Under the pieces are notes generated by a model, which was not told the DNA's origin, searched no databases, and saw only the letters and a program-made list of their open reading frames with translations. Below, piece by piece: positions 9,763-19,163 of a DNA stretch of 61,967 bases. Source of the DNA: Pseudomonadota bacterium (GTDB taxonomy: Bacteria > Pseudomonadota > Alphaproteobacteria > Rhizobiales > Rhizobiaceae); assembly GCA_039815595.1 (NCBI GenBank), contig JBCBYZ010000001.1, positions 1 through 61,967 of the forward strand, read 5' to 3'. Positions within the stretch are counted from its first letter, which is position 1. Each line of letters starts with the position of its first letter. The translations under genes were made by a program, and so were the position numbers.

Positions 9763-10914
9763 CTATTCCAGTTCGATGATCTGAATTTTGCGATCCTCAA
9801 AACCCAGAGCAATGTCACCGCGCTTTAACTCCAGAGCGTAATTGCCGAACAACTCCTTGCGCCACCCTTGTAGGGCCGGCACGTCTGCCGCGTCGTCGGC
9901 AGCGATTTTTTCCAGATCGTCAATCGTTGCAATCACTTTGCCCGCAACGCCATTTTGCTCGCAGACCACCTTGAGCAGCACTTTGAGAAGTTCGGTGGCA
10001 GCACCGGTTCCTTCCGGCGAGCGGGTGGGTCGAGGAACGGGCTGAAGGTCCTCCTGCGGGATCGCCATGGCGGCACTTACGGCCTCCAGCAAGCCGTCCG
10101 CATGACGGGAGCGTTCAAATCCATTTGGGAGAGCGCGCAGGCGGCCCAAAGCCTTTTCATCGCGAGGGTGCTGCTGCGCGATCTCATAGATCGCATCGTC
10201 TTTGATCACCCGCCCACGCGGCACGTCCCGTGACCGGGCTTCCTCTTCACGCCATTGGGCCACTGCCTTCATGACGGCGAGATCACGGTTCTTGCGCACC
10301 CGCATTTTAAGACGCGTCCAAGCCTTCTCCACCGGCAGATCATAGGTCTCAACCGTGGTGAGGACTTTCATCTCTTCGTCCACCCAAGAGGCCCGGTTCT
10401 TTTTGGCCAAGTCGGCCTTAAGGCTTTGGTAGACGTCGCGCAGGTGGGTCACATCCGCGAGCGCGTATTCCAGTTGTTGCTCAGTGAGAGGGCGGCGAGA
10501 CCAGTCGGTAAACCGCGATGTCTTGTCGATACTTGCGCCGGTGATGCGCTGGACCAGCGCATTGTAGGCCACGCTGTCGCCGTAGCCGCACACCATGGCC
10601 GCCACCTGTGTATCGAACAGGGGAACCGGCAAAAGCCCCCCAAGGTTGTGGATGATCTCCACGTCCTGCCGCGCGGCGTGGAACACCTTGATCACGCTTT
10701 CATCGGCCATCAGTTCGAAAAAAGGGGCCAGGTCCATGCCATCGGCCATCGGGTCAATGATCGCCTCATCGTCCGGGCAAGCTACCTGAATGAGACACAA
10801 AATCGGCCAAAAAGTCGTCTCTCGCAGAAACTCCGTGTCGACGGTGATGTAATCGTGTCTGGCATACTCTTGGCACAAATCGGCCAGAGCGTCGGTCGTG
10901 GTAATAATTTTCAT
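9763..10914 (-). CDS. rnd: Ribonuclease D
   Basis: VDTEFLRETTFWP, FHAARQD, FDTQVAA, TDWSRRPL, YALADV, HRDC-like C-terminus. Confidence 0.95.
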   Translation of the reverse strand: MKIITTTDALADLCQEYARHDYITVDTEFLRETTFWPILCLIQVACPDDEAIIDPMADGMDLAPFFELMADESVIKVFHAARQDVEIIHNLGGLLPVPLFDTQVAAMVCGYGDSVAYNALVQRITGASIDKTSRFTDWSRRPLTEQQLEYALADVTHLRDVYQSLKADLAKKNRASWVDEEMKVLTTVETYDLPVEKAWTRLKMRVRKNRDLAVMKAVAQWREEEARSRDVPRGRVIKDDAIYEIAQQHPRDEKALGRLRALPNGFERSRHADGLLEAVSAAMAIPQEDLQPVPRPTRSPEGTGAATELLKVLLKVVCEQNGVAGKVIATIDDLEKIAADDAADVPALQGWRKELFGNYALELKRGDIALGFEDRKIQIIELE

Positions 10915-10952
10915 GCGCGGCCTATAGCGACACGGATCGCTGCGGGCGAGTC

Positions 10953-12206
10953 TCAATTGGCCTTGGGAGTGTCCACATCGGGATTTTCATCTCGTTTTCT
11001 GCCGATTTTGGCCAAAAAGGCCGATGTGCGCAGCAGGCCAACAAATCCGCCCCGGTCTTCGTTGGGTACGGCGCTGCGTTTGCGCATCCGCCATACGGTG
11101 ATGATGGCAAGCAGGCCGTGGACCAATCCGGTGAAGGCGAACAGCGATTTGGGTCCATAAAAGTCGAGCAGCAGCGAGGCAACGAGTGGTCCGGCGATTG
11201 CGCCCACTGCGTAAAAAAACATCAACCCTGCTGCCAGCAGCACGAATTGGTCCGGTCGGGCGCGGTCGTTGGCATGGGCGGCGGATAGAGAGTAAAGTGG
11301 CAATGAAAACGCGCCGAACAGAAACACCCCGACATAAACCAAGAGCGGTGCGGTGCCCGCAACAAACGTGATGAACAGGCTGGACAACACTGCGGCAAAG
11401 GTTGCACCCACCAATACCCAGCGCCGGTCCATCCGGTCAGACAGTACGCCCAGCGGATATTGCAGGATCGCCCCGCCAATTACGCCCAGTGAGATGAAGG
11501 TCGCCACGCTGGACAAATCCAGGCCAATTGCTTGCGCGTAAAGGGGGCCGATAAACCGGAACGACGCATTGGTGATCCCGATGGCGACGCACCCCACACA
11601 GGCGATGGGCGAAATGATCCAAATGGCCGGAATATCAAAACGCACAAGCTCTGGCGGTTTGGGTCGCGACCGGTCTCCCACAGCCACTGGCACAAGGGAC
11701 AGGCTGATCATCGCAGCCATAATCCCAAACAGCGCAAACCCGTCCGTGCCGACCAATGGCATCATGAACTGCGCACCGGAGACCACAGTGATGTCGATGA
11801 TGCGGTAAATGCCCATCACCTTGCCCCGCACGGCATTGGAAAGCGACGAATTGAGCCAACTCTCGATGGTGGTGAACAGACCGGAAAAAGCGATCCCGAT
11901 CACCAACCGCGCGGCCATCCAAACCCAAGCATCAACGACGATCACCATGAAGAGTGTGGCGGCAGCAGCAACGGAGGCGAGGGCGGCAAAAGTGCGGATA
12001 TGGCCCACCTCCCGCAACAGGCGCGGCACTGCGATGCAGCCGATCAAAAAGCCCACAAAATACGCCGTGCCCATCCAGCCGATTTGCGAAGCACTGAACC
12101 CTTCTTGCGCGCCACGCACCGCAATCAGTGTTGAGAACAACCCGTTGCCACCGAGCAGAATGCCCGCTGCAATCAAAAGCGGGACGAGGGGCCGAATGGC
12201 GTTCAT
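10953..12206 (-). CDS. MFS transporter (YcaD-like)
   Basis: About 12 TM segments, GHIRTFAAL, ESWLN, QYPLGVLSDRMDRR, AHAND. Confidence 0.9.
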   Translation of the reverse strand: MNAIRPLVPLLIAAGILLGGNGLFSTLIAVRGAQEGFSASQIGWMGTAYFVGFLIGCIAVPRLLREVGHIRTFAALASVAAAATLFMVIVVDAWVWMAARLVIGIAFSGLFTTIESWLNSSLSNAVRGKVMGIYRIIDITVVSGAQFMMPLVGTDGFALFGIMAAMISLSLVPVAVGDRSRPKPPELVRFDIPAIWIISPIACVGCVAIGITNASFRFIGPLYAQAIGLDLSSVATFISLGVIGGAILQYPLGVLSDRMDRRWVLVGATFAAVLSSLFITFVAGTAPLLVYVGVFLFGAFSLPLYSLSAAHANDRARPDQFVLLAAGLMFFYAVGAIAGPLVASLLLDFYGPKSLFAFTGLVHGLLAIITVWRMRKRSAVPNEDRGGFVGLLRTSAFLAKIGRKRDENPDVDTPKAN

Positions 12207-12477
12207 GGGGTTTGTGCGCTGGGTTGAAGGCGAAGAGCGCACAATCCATAAGGCGAAAGATGGCCCGCGTCTTGAACAAATACGTCCAGTATTGCGCAAT
12301 ATCAGAATTGTAGAAGCGGTTTGCCTCACTCAGCAGCCAGAACGGCGGTCCAAACCCCGCCCGTTCGCTTGACTTTCACCCGGTGGCATGGCCAAACGCA
12401 GCAGCCTGCGCGGGCGTGCCGTTGCCACCGCCGCAATCTCATTTGGCATCCAAAAACACACTTTCAGGACACCTCCC

Positions 12478-14262
12478 ATGCACCGCTATCGCAGCCTCAC
12501 TTGTGCCGACCTTCGCGCCGAGCACGTAGGAACAACCACCCGCCTGTCCGGCTGGGTGCATCGGGTGCGCGACCATGGCGGCGTTCTGTTTATCGACCTG
12601 CGCGATCACTACGGCATCACGCAAATCGTGGTGGACCCGGACTCTCCCGATTTTGCGACAGCCGAAGCCGTGCGGTCCGAATGGGTGATCCGCATCGACG
12701 GCGACGTGAAGGCCCGCTCCGAAGAAACCGTCAATGACAATCTTCCAACCGGCGCGATTGAAGTATACGCGCGCGAGATCGAAGTTCTGTCTCAAGCTGC
12801 CGAACTGCCCCTGCCGGTGTTTGGTGAGTTGGACTACCCCGAAGACGTGCGTTTGAAATACCGCTTTCTGGACCTGCGCCGTGAGACGCTGCACCGCAAC
12901 ATTATGACCCGTACGGACATCATCCACGATTTGCGCACGCGGATGCGCGATGTGGGTTTCAACGAGTTTTCAACGCCGATCCTCACCGCCTCTTCGCCGG
13001 AAGGCGCGCGGGACTTTTTGGTGCCGAGCCGCATTCATCCGGGCCAGTTTTATGCGCTTCCGCAGGCGCCGCAGCAGTACAAACAGCTGATCATGATGTC
13101 CGGCTTTGACCGGTACTTCCAGATCGCGCCTTGCTTCCGCGACGAAGATCCACGGGCCGACCGTCTGCCGGGCGAGTTTTACCAACTCGACGTCGAGATG
13201 AGCTTTGTTGAGCAGGAAGACGTGCTCTCAACAATGGAACCTGTCATCCGCGACTGCTTCAAGGCGTTTGCCGGCGACAAGACGGTCACGGAAAACTGGC
13301 CCCGCATCCCCTACAAGGAGGCGATCCGCAAATACGGTTCCGACAAGCCGGACTTGCGTAACCCTATCGAAATGCAAGACGTGTCCGAACACTTCCGCGG
13401 CGGTGGGTTTGGCGTGTTTGCCGGTATTTTGGATTCCAGCCCCAAACACGAAGTCTGGGCCATCCCCGTTAAAGGCGCGGGATCACGCAAGCATTGTGAC
13501 CGCATGAATTCCTGGGCGCAGAGCGAAGGCCAGCCCGGCATGGGTTACATTTTCTGGCGCGAATTGGAAGGCAAGTTCGACGCTGCAGGCCCCATTGCCA
13601 AAAACATCGGCCCTGAGCGCACTGAAGCGATGCGCCAGCAACTGGGTCTTGAACTGGGCGACGCCGTGTTCTTCGCGGCGGGTGATCCGGCCAAGTTCGC
13701 AACCTTTGCCGGTGCCGCGCGCACCAAGGCCGCTGAAGAGGCGGGCCTGATCGACGAGAATGCGTTTGCATTTTGTTGGGTGGTCGATTTCCCGTTTTAC
13801 GAATGGGACGAGGACAACAAAAAGGTCGAGTTCTCCCACAACCCGTTTTCCATGCCCAAAGGCGGCTTGAACGCGTTGGAACACGAAGACCCGCTCACCA
13901 TCGACGCCATGCAATACGATATGGTCTGCAACGGCTTCGAGATCGCCTCTGGCGGCATCCGCAACCACTTGCCCGATACGATGGTCAAAGCCTTTGAGAT
14001 CGCGGGCCTATCCAAGGAGACCGTGGAAGAGCGCTTCGGCGGCCTTTACCGTGCCTTCCAATACGGCGCACCACCCCATGGCGGCATGGCTGCCGGTGTG
14101 GACCGGATCGTGATGTTGCTCTGCGGCACCAAAAACCTGCGCGAAATCACCATGTTCCCCATGAACCAGCAGGCCAAAGACCTGCTTATGGGCGCCCCCG
14201 GCGAAGCCGAAACAGCCCAACTCAAAGACCTGCACCTTAAGGTCAACATGCCTAAGGCGTAG
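12478..14262 (+). CDS. aspS: Aspartate--tRNA ligase, probably non-discriminating Asp/Asn type
   Basis: [43 protein letters not shown]. His in RDHGG is typical of the non-discriminating form. Confidence 0.97.
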   Translation: MHRYRSLTCADLRAEHVGTTTRLSGWVHRVRDHGGVLFIDLRDHYGITQIVVDPDSPDFATAEAVRSEWVIRIDGDVKARSEETVNDNLPTGAIEVYAREIEVLSQAAELPLPVFGELDYPEDVRLKYRFLDLRRETLHRNIMTRTDIIHDLRTRMRDVGFNEFSTPILTASSPEGARDFLVPSRIHPGQFYALPQAPQQYKQLIMMSGFDRYFQIAPCFRDEDPRADRLPGEFYQLDVEMSFVEQEDVLSTMEPVIRDCFKAFAGDKTVTENWPRIPYKEAIRKYGSDKPDLRNPIEMQDVSEHFRGGGFGVFAGILDSSPKHEVWAIPVKGAGSRKHCDRMNSWAQSEGQPGMGYIFWRELEGKFDAAGPIAKNIGPERTEAMRQQLGLELGDAVFFAAGDPAKFATFAGAARTKAAEEAGLIDENAFAFCWVVDFPFYEWDEDNKKVEFSHNPFSMPKGGLNALEHEDPLTIDAMQYDMVCNGFEIASGGIRNHLPDTMVKAFEIAGLSKETVEERFGGLYRAFQYGAPPHGGMAAGVDRIVMLLCGTKNLREITMFPMNQQAKDLLMGAPGEAETAQLKDLHLKVNMPKA

Positions 14263-14288
14263 CGGTTCTCCATGCGCGGTAGAGTGCC

Positions 14289-14885
14289 ATGCTGATTTTC
14301 GCCGTGGCCTTGTTCGGCCTTCTCATCACGCCCGGGCCCGGTGTCTTGTCGTTGGCGGGGGTTGGGTCCGCGTTTGGATATCGCGATGGCTGGGCCTATG
14401 GGACGGGGCTGTTTTTCGGCTCCAATTTGGTGATGCTGGCCGCAGCTTTGGGTCTAGCAGCGCTTTTTCTGGCCGATGAGCGGCTGCGGTTGGTGTTCAC
14501 GATCCTGTCCACCGCCTACCTGCTGTATCTCGCTTTGAAGATCGCATTGGCCGGATCGAAGATCGCGTTCATAGCGTCTGAAACCGCTCCGGGCTTCTGG
14601 GGCGGCATTGCTCTGCAAGTCATTAATCCAAAGGCCTATGCGGTGGGCACGTTTGTGTTTTCCAACTTTCCGATCTGGCCACAAAGCCTCACAATTGAAA
14701 TTGCGCTGAAGTTTCTGATCCTGAATGCGATCTGGATACCCATTCACATTTTGTGGCTGGCGGCGGGTGTGACGATCAACAGCCTCAACCTGCAACCCAC
14801 AACACAAAGGGCCATCAATGTGTTGATGGCCCTCTCGATGCTCGTGGTTGTGGGACTGGCCTTGCGCAGCTCGATCTTCGCCTGA
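14289..14885 (+). CDS. LysE/RhtB family translocator
   Basis: LITPGPG, YLLYLA, Q.INPKA. Confidence 0.9.
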   Translation: MLIFAVALFGLLITPGPGVLSLAGVGSAFGYRDGWAYGTGLFFGSNLVMLAAALGLAALFLADERLRLVFTILSTAYLLYLALKIALAGSKIAFIASETAPGFWGGIALQVINPKAYAVGTFVFSNFPIWPQSLTIEIALKFLILNAIWIPIHILWLAAGVTINSLNLQPTTQRAINVLMALSMLVVVGLALRSSIFA

Positions 14886-14899
14886 CGATCTCCCCCTTT

Positions 14900-14950
14900 G
14901 ACGATGTCTACTGGGACGATGTCTACTGGGACGATGTCTGCCGGTACGAT
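14900..14950. repeat. 15-bp tandem repeat GACGATGTCTACTGG, about 3.4 copies
   Basis: Units at 14900 and 14915 are identical, the unit at 14930 has 2 mismatches, and a partial unit starts at 14945. Confidence 0.9.
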
Positions 14951-14952
14951 CC

Positions 14953-16437
14953 TTACTGCGGTGTGGCGCTGACTTGCAGGTTCAGCATTTCTGGGATGCG
15001 GGTCGGGTTGCTCTGTCCGGTGAGGATCAGATTGACGAGGCTCACGGGTTCAGACGGCTTTGCTTCTACGTTCAAAGTGCCCTTGTCGCGCAGGAAGTCG
15101 CCGACGGCCCGTGTCACCATGTCGGTCAAACCCGGCATTTGCAGACCGGCCATTCCCATGCCGATCATCATGGGCGCACCTTGCGCCAACTGATCGCCGG
15201 TGGTGCCCATTTGGCTCGCCTGGAAATCCAGCGCACGACCGGTCAGAGATTGGTCTGTGAGGGAGAGTTTCAAGTCCGACAGTTTGAGGTTCGCCAATTC
15301 AGGCAGGATTGCGCCATAGGCCTCCATCATCGGCGTGCCGGCCTCGATTGAGAGGCTCGCTTCATTGAGCTTTTTGATCACGTCCAGCGTGTAGCCCTGC
15401 ATGGCGTAGGTGAAATCCAGATCGAACATGTCTTTCAACGCCAACGTCATCTGAGAAACATCGGCAAAACCTGTGCCCGGATTGTAACTGCCCACGCCGA
15501 TGAGCGAGCCTTCTACGGTCTCATATCCAAGCTGTTCAAACACTGCGCGGGATTGTGGATCAGGGATGGCTTTCAGATTGGCATAGAGTCCGCTCATATT
15601 GCTGGTGCCGGTCAACGTGCCATCACCGCTTGGCTCCGAGATTGCGCCGGATATGTTGGCGATGGAAAACACATCCAATCCCGCCATGTTGAATGCGATG
15701 TCGGTGATGGAAACGCCGCTATAGGCGCGGATCGTATCGGCGGTGAAGGCCGACATGGCGGTGGGCATGTTTAAATCCGCCAGTGTGATCCCACCAATGC
15801 TCCAAGAAACATCTCCCTGTGCGGTGCCCCCGAGGCCGGAGATGGAGAAGCCTTTGACGCGCAGCGGATCGGCAACGGCGTCTGTAAGCTTCGCGCTCTC
15901 CGGGTCGTAGCGATAATCCAGTGGAATATCGGCTTCGAGCACGCTGAGCGTATCCAAAGTCGTGTTCGCATTCGCATCCTTCACCGCTACACCGTTGACT
16001 GTGAAGCTGCCAAAACGGATGCGTTGTTTCTTTTCTTCTGCCGTCAGTCCGTCCCGCCAGATCGTCACCGGCCATTCGCCGTTGGTGGTGGCAACCGTTT
16101 GCACGGCCACCTGACCGCCGCTGTCGGTGGGGCCAGTCATGCCATTGATGACAATGCTGTCGTAGCTTACGCGGCCCGAGCCTGCATCCTGCAGGTTTTG
16201 CACATTGACCTGCTCAATCGCGATGTCGCGCCCGCGCGCATTGGTGACAACGACTTTGCCCATGGTGAAGGACGCACCATCTTCGTTCAGCGTCTCATAG
16301 CGCAGCTTCACGCCCATATCGGCAGCGTCTGCAATAAACGAATCCAGCAGTGCCTTGCCCTCCAGCGCGAAGGCCGCCGAGTGCGGAGTTGTGACGGCAA
16401 GCATGAGAGCGGTGGCGGCAAGTGTAGAACGAAGCAT
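14953..16437 (-). CDS. Exported beta-strand-rich hypothetical protein
   Basis: Sec signal peptide (MLRSTLAATALMLAV...AFA), repeated amphipathic beta segments, GGAAA upstream. Confidence 0.8.
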   Translation of the reverse strand: MLRSTLAATALMLAVTTPHSAAFALEGKALLDSFIADAADMGVKLRYETLNEDGASFTMGKVVVTNARGRDIAIEQVNVQNLQDAGSGRVSYDSIVINGMTGPTDSGGQVAVQTVATTNGEWPVTIWRDGLTAEEKKQRIRFGSFTVNGVAVKDANANTTLDTLSVLEADIPLDYRYDPESAKLTDAVADPLRVKGFSISGLGGTAQGDVSWSIGGITLADLNMPTAMSAFTADTIRAYSGVSITDIAFNMAGLDVFSIANISGAISEPSGDGTLTGTSNMSGLYANLKAIPDPQSRAVFEQLGYETVEGSLIGVGSYNPGTGFADVSQMTLALKDMFDLDFTYAMQGYTLDVIKKLNEASLSIEAGTPMMEAYGAILPELANLKLSDLKLSLTDQSLTGRALDFQASQMGTTGDQLAQGAPMMIGMGMAGLQMPGLTDMVTRAVGDFLRDKGTLNVEAKPSEPVSLVNLILTGQSNPTRIPEMLNLQVSATPQ

Positions 16438-16645
16438 GGGATTTTCCTGAAAGGCGCGATCAAACGATGACTAACAAGTCTAAGCCGTAAACGCCCAGTA
16501 TGGCTGTGATAAGACGCACGCTTGTCAGGTATTCTTCAAGCGCTATCGCTGCGAAAGTCCTTTAGTACGCCTCGCCACGTGTCCTCGCGACCCGACCAGA
16601 GCCGCCGCGCTTGTGGGCAAGCCCGTGAGCCGCTATCGGGAACGA

Positions 16646-18967
16646 ATGGGAAACGAAGTGATTCCGCCCCCGCCCGGCGGCCTGCCACCCTCCAATGGAG
16701 GCGCCGGCGCTGGTGGTGGCGATGGTGTAGAACCGATTGATCTGAAGGCTGCGCTGGAAGAGCGCTACCTGGCTTATGCTTTGTCCACCATCATGGGCAG
16801 GGCTTTGCCGGATGTGCGCGACGGCATGAAGCCCGTGCACCGGCGCATCCTCCACGCCATGCGCCTTTTGCGCCTCAATCCGGATGCCGGCTTCGCTAAA
16901 TGCGCCCGCATCGTTGGCGATGTGATGGGTAAGTTCCACCCCCATGGCGACCAAGCCATTTACGATGCCCTTGTGCGGCTGAGCCAGGATTTTGCGGTCC
17001 GCTACCCGCTGGTGGACGGTCAGGGAAACTTCGGCAACATCGACGGCGATAACGCCGCCGCCATGCGCTATACCGAAGCGCGGATGACGGAAGCGGCCAC
17101 CGCACTGCTGGAAGGTATTACAGAAGACGCGGTGGATTTTCGCGCCACCTATAATGAAGAAGACGAAGAACCGGTCGTGTTGCCCGGTGCTTTCCCCAAT
17201 CTCTTGGCCAATGGGGCAGCCGGGATTGCGGTGGGCATGGCAACCAACATTCCGCCGCACAACGCCGAAGAACTGTGCGATGCTGCGCTGCACCTGATCA
17301 AGTTTCCCAATGCCGGTTTTGAGAAGCTGCTGGAATTGGTTCCAGGTCCCGATTTCCCCACCGGCGGCGTGATCGTTGAACCCCCGGAGAACATCCTGCA
17401 GGCCTATAAAACGGGCAAGGGCGGGTTTCGCCTGCGCGCACGCTGGGAGCAAGAGGATACCGGTCGGGGCACGTGGCAGATCGTAGTCACCGAGATCCCG
17501 TATCAAGTTCAAAAGTCCAAACTGATTGAAAAGACGGCTGAGCTGCTGCTGGCCAAACGCCTGCCGCTGCTGGCGGACATTCGCGATGAATCCGCCGAAG
17601 ACATCCGCTTGGTGCTGGAACCCAAAAGCCGCAGCGTCGATCCAACACTGTTGATGGCGCAGCTGTTCAAGCTGACAGACTTGGAAACACGGTTCCCGCT
17701 CAACATGAACGTGCTGTCCGGTGGCAAAGTGCCGAAAGTGCTTTCAATTCGCGAGGTGCTGCGGGAGTGGCTGGACCACCGCAAAGACGTGCTGATCCGC
17801 CGATCAAAATACCGTTTGGCGCAGATCGAAAAGCGTTTGGAGCTTCTGGGCGGATATTTGATCGCCTATCTCAACATCGATGAAGTCATCCGTATTATCC
17901 GTGAGTCCGATAAGCCAAAGCCCGCCCTGATCGCGCGGTTTGAACTGACCGACAATCAGGCTGAAGCGGTTCTGAATCTGCGTCTTCGCGCATTGCATAA
18001 ACTAGAAGAGTTCGAGATCCGCAAAGAGTTCGATGATCTCACGGAGGAGAAGGCGGGGATTGAGGCGCTGCTGGCGAATGAAGACGCACAGTGGAAAACC
18101 ATCGCGTGGGAAATAGGCCAGACCAAAAAGAAATTTGGAAAGAACACCGAAGTTGGAAAGCGCCGCAGCACGTTTGATACAGCTGTAGAGGTTGATGAAG
18201 AAGCCGTCGCAGCCGCCATGATCGAACGAGAGCCGATTACAGTGGTCGTGTCACAAAAGGGTTGGATGCGAACCCTCAAAGGGCACGTGACCGACACGAG
18301 TGCACTCTCGTTCAAGGAAGGCGATGGCTTGAAACTCGCGTTCCCGGCCATGACCACGGACCGTATTTTGATGTTCACCACCGCCGGCAAGTTTTACACG
18401 CTGCCCGCGGACAAGCTCCCGGGAGGTCGCGGCCACGGTGAACCGGTGCGCATTATGGTCGATATGGAAAATGATGCCGATATTTTGGATGTCTTTGTGC
18501 ATCAACCCGGGCGACACAGACTGCTGGCTTCCACACTGGGCAACGGCTTTTGTGTTTCTGAGGCCGATGTCTTGGCTAACACGCGCAAGGGTAAACAGGT
18601 TCTGAACGTGGCCATGCCGGTCGAAGCTTTGTTGTGCGTTCCATATTTCCCCGAACCGCAGGACGAGGGTGCGCAGAAGCCGGACACCGTTGCAGTCGTG
18701 GGCGAGAACCGTCGCATGCTGTTGTTTGCCCTCGACCAAGTGCCGCAAATGACACGCGGCAAAGGCGTGCGCCTGCAAAAATACAAAGATGGCGGCATTC
18801 TGGATCTGAAAATTTTCACGTTTTCTCAGGGGCTTACGTGGACTGACAGCGCGGAGCGCACCCATACCCGCTCCGCTGAAGAGCTTGCTGAATACATAGG
18901 TGAGCGAGCGCAAGCCGGGCGCATGGTGCCGAAGGGCTTTCCCAGAAACGGACGATTTTCGGCCTAA
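16646..18967 (+). CDS. parC: DNA topoisomerase IV subunit A
   Basis: [44 protein letters not shown] (catalytic Tyr), short C-terminal domain with no GyrA-box seen. Confidence 0.95.
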   Translation: MGNEVIPPPPGGLPPSNGGAGAGGGDGVEPIDLKAALEERYLAYALSTIMGRALPDVRDGMKPVHRRILHAMRLLRLNPDAGFAKCARIVGDVMGKFHPHGDQAIYDALVRLSQDFAVRYPLVDGQGNFGNIDGDNAAAMRYTEARMTEAATALLEGITEDAVDFRATYNEEDEEPVVLPGAFPNLLANGAAGIAVGMATNIPPHNAEELCDAALHLIKFPNAGFEKLLELVPGPDFPTGGVIVEPPENILQAYKTGKGGFRLRARWEQEDTGRGTWQIVVTEIPYQVQKSKLIEKTAELLLAKRLPLLADIRDESAEDIRLVLEPKSRSVDPTLLMAQLFKLTDLETRFPLNMNVLSGGKVPKVLSIREVLREWLDHRKDVLIRRSKYRLAQIEKRLELLGGYLIAYLNIDEVIRIIRESDKPKPALIARFELTDNQAEAVLNLRLRALHKLEEFEIRKEFDDLTEEKAGIEALLANEDAQWKTIAWEIGQTKKKFGKNTEVGKRRSTFDTAVEVDEEAVAAAMIEREPITVVVSQKGWMRTLKGHVTDTSALSFKEGDGLKLAFPAMTTDRILMFTTAGKFYTLPADKLPGGRGHGEPVRIMVDMENDADILDVFVHQPGRHRLLASTLGNGFCVSEADVLANTRKGKQVLNVAMPVEALLCVPYFPEPQDEGAQKPDTVAVVGENRRMLLFALDQVPQMTRGKGVRLQKYKDGGILDLKIFTFSQGLTWTDSAERTHTRSAEELAEYIGERAQAGRMVPKGFPRNGRFSA

Positions 18968-19163
18968 CGGACAAACTGACATATCGCCCTGAACCGAATT
19001 CAAAAACGGTCTATTTGTTTGGTTCCGAGGCAATTTGCTGCAAAAATTGCTGTAAAATTTGAAATAAATCGCCAAGCGTAGAAAAATCGGTCGGTAGAAC
19101 CCGGTTGTTAGTGTGCACCCCAGAGGACGGTCAGCGGGGCCGTCTGGAGGCAGGGGCTGCACA

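Noticed and set aside
14884-14952. CRISPR interpretation of the short repeats
   Set aside because: The units are contiguous 15-mers with no spacers, and there are no cas genes.
16646-16730. Pro/Gly-rich N-terminal extension of ParC
   Set aside because: It is a low-complexity leader of a kind common in alphaproteobacterial ParC.
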